Of a DNA stretch of 64,000 nucleotides, positions 62,832 through 64,000 are shown one piece after another. A program made the translations under genes and the position numbers. The stretch lies in contig OZ024743.1 in the NCBI GenBank assembly GCA_964016885.1, positions 271,312,001-271,376,000 of the forward strand, read 5' to 3'. Source of the stretch: Eledone cirrhosa (Eukaryota). How positions within the stretch are numbered: the stretch's first letter is position 1; the number at the start of each line of letters is the position of its first letter. The notes under the pieces are model-generated. The model saw nothing but the letters and a program-made list of their open reading frames with translations, had not been told where the DNA came from and made no database searches.

Positions 62832-64000
62832 TTTTAAAAAATATTTTTATCTTTCTTATCATCATTGTTATCATCATCTTTATCATCACTGTCCACTCTC
62901 CCTGCCAACAAATGTTGAATTAGTTGCCAGCAGACCTGGTCAGCACCAAAGTAGAGCTATTGACTCTTCAGATAGGCCAGGAGCTTCCATCCTGCTTATA
63001 TAGGCTCCATTCATTTACAGAGTGTTCTGATGGACTGGGGACCTGCAACATTCTTATATACAATCCAATACTCTACTGAGTGCGTTATATCATGACAACT
63101 GCACTGGGTTGGGTACCATGTCTTTGTATGTATATAGATATAAATGCTCCTACATACACCTGGTGTGAAGAGATGTAGACAATCGTGAAAAGTGTAGAAG
63201 CTTGTGATGGGGCCCACCTTGCTAACCTCTTAAAACACTTGTTGTCTGCTTGGATTAAAATGATGGGTTTAAAAACTGGGCATCATTATCACGACCACCA
63301 TTATCGTCATCATTATCATTGTAGTTTTTATGTCCAGTCTTCCATGTTGGCATTGTGGTTAGGGTGTTTAGTTCATGATTGTAAGGTTGTGAGTTTGATT
63401 CTTGGTGACATGTGTCCCAGAGCATATACTTTATTCCATGTTGCTCCAGTTCACTTGGTTGGCAAAAATGAGTTGTACATGTTATTCAAAGGGCCAACCT
63501 TGTCTGAGTTCTTAGAATGCCGAATAAAATGTTTTGTGGTATTTGCTCCGACTCTGTTTTAGGTTCAAAACCTACTGAGGTAAATTCTGCCTTTCATTCT
63601 TTCAGGGCTGATAAAATACCAGTCCAGTACTGTGGTCAATTTTTCTATATTTCTTTCTCTCATTCTCTGGAAGGACAGAGAGAATGAAAGAGAGGAAATG
63701 TTCACACCTAAAAAGGGGAGGGGCTCCACCAAGTTATAAAATGCTCAAGACAGCACCCTTACAACTCCATTAGGAGTTATGGGCCCATACATACATATTT
63801 CCAGGCTGGCATGGGTTGGATGGGATTTTTTGAAACAGTATTTTACAACTGAATGCCCTTTCTGACACCCGACACTTTTAGTCACCTCTTAGAAACACAC
63901 AGTGGTAGAGTGTACATGTTATACAGAATTAGGATGTACCTTGTAAGATGCAAAAGGACAATATGTAGAGAAATGTAAAATTTTGTTTCAAAAATTGGTT

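Overview
AT-rich, microsatellite- and transposon-dense animal DNA; the repeat complement suggests a coleoid cephalopod such as Octopus (inference, not verified). Two housekeeping genes sit head-to-head, with 614 bp between their start codons. One is exon 1 of the V-ATPase c proteolipid (ATP6V0C-like, minus strand, 1199-1274). The other is PWP2/UTP1 (plus strand), whose first six coding exons splice cleanly into 202 aa. PWP2 intron 1 is about 50.6 kb and intron 6 begins with a U12-type donor (GTATCCTTT). Intron 1 holds two full-length and several truncated RTE LINEs with an internal PHD-like finger and (GAT)n tails, plus tRNA-headed SINEs sharing the RTE tail. It also holds an internally deleted mariner with 103-bp TIRs, piggyBac-type and hAT MITEs, a non-autonomous Helitron, CR1, CRE and Tx1-like fragments, and a 49-bp minisatellite. 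The most notable observations are: a copy-specific direct repeat bounding the 5' module of each full-length RTE; a bipartite non-autonomous RTE whose 5' end can fold like an HDV-type ribozyme with an enlarged L3; the U12 intron; and a mariner ORF that stays open through three apparent deletions. All family assignments are from recalled motifs, not database searches. Most short ORFs in the supplied track are artefacts of repeats.
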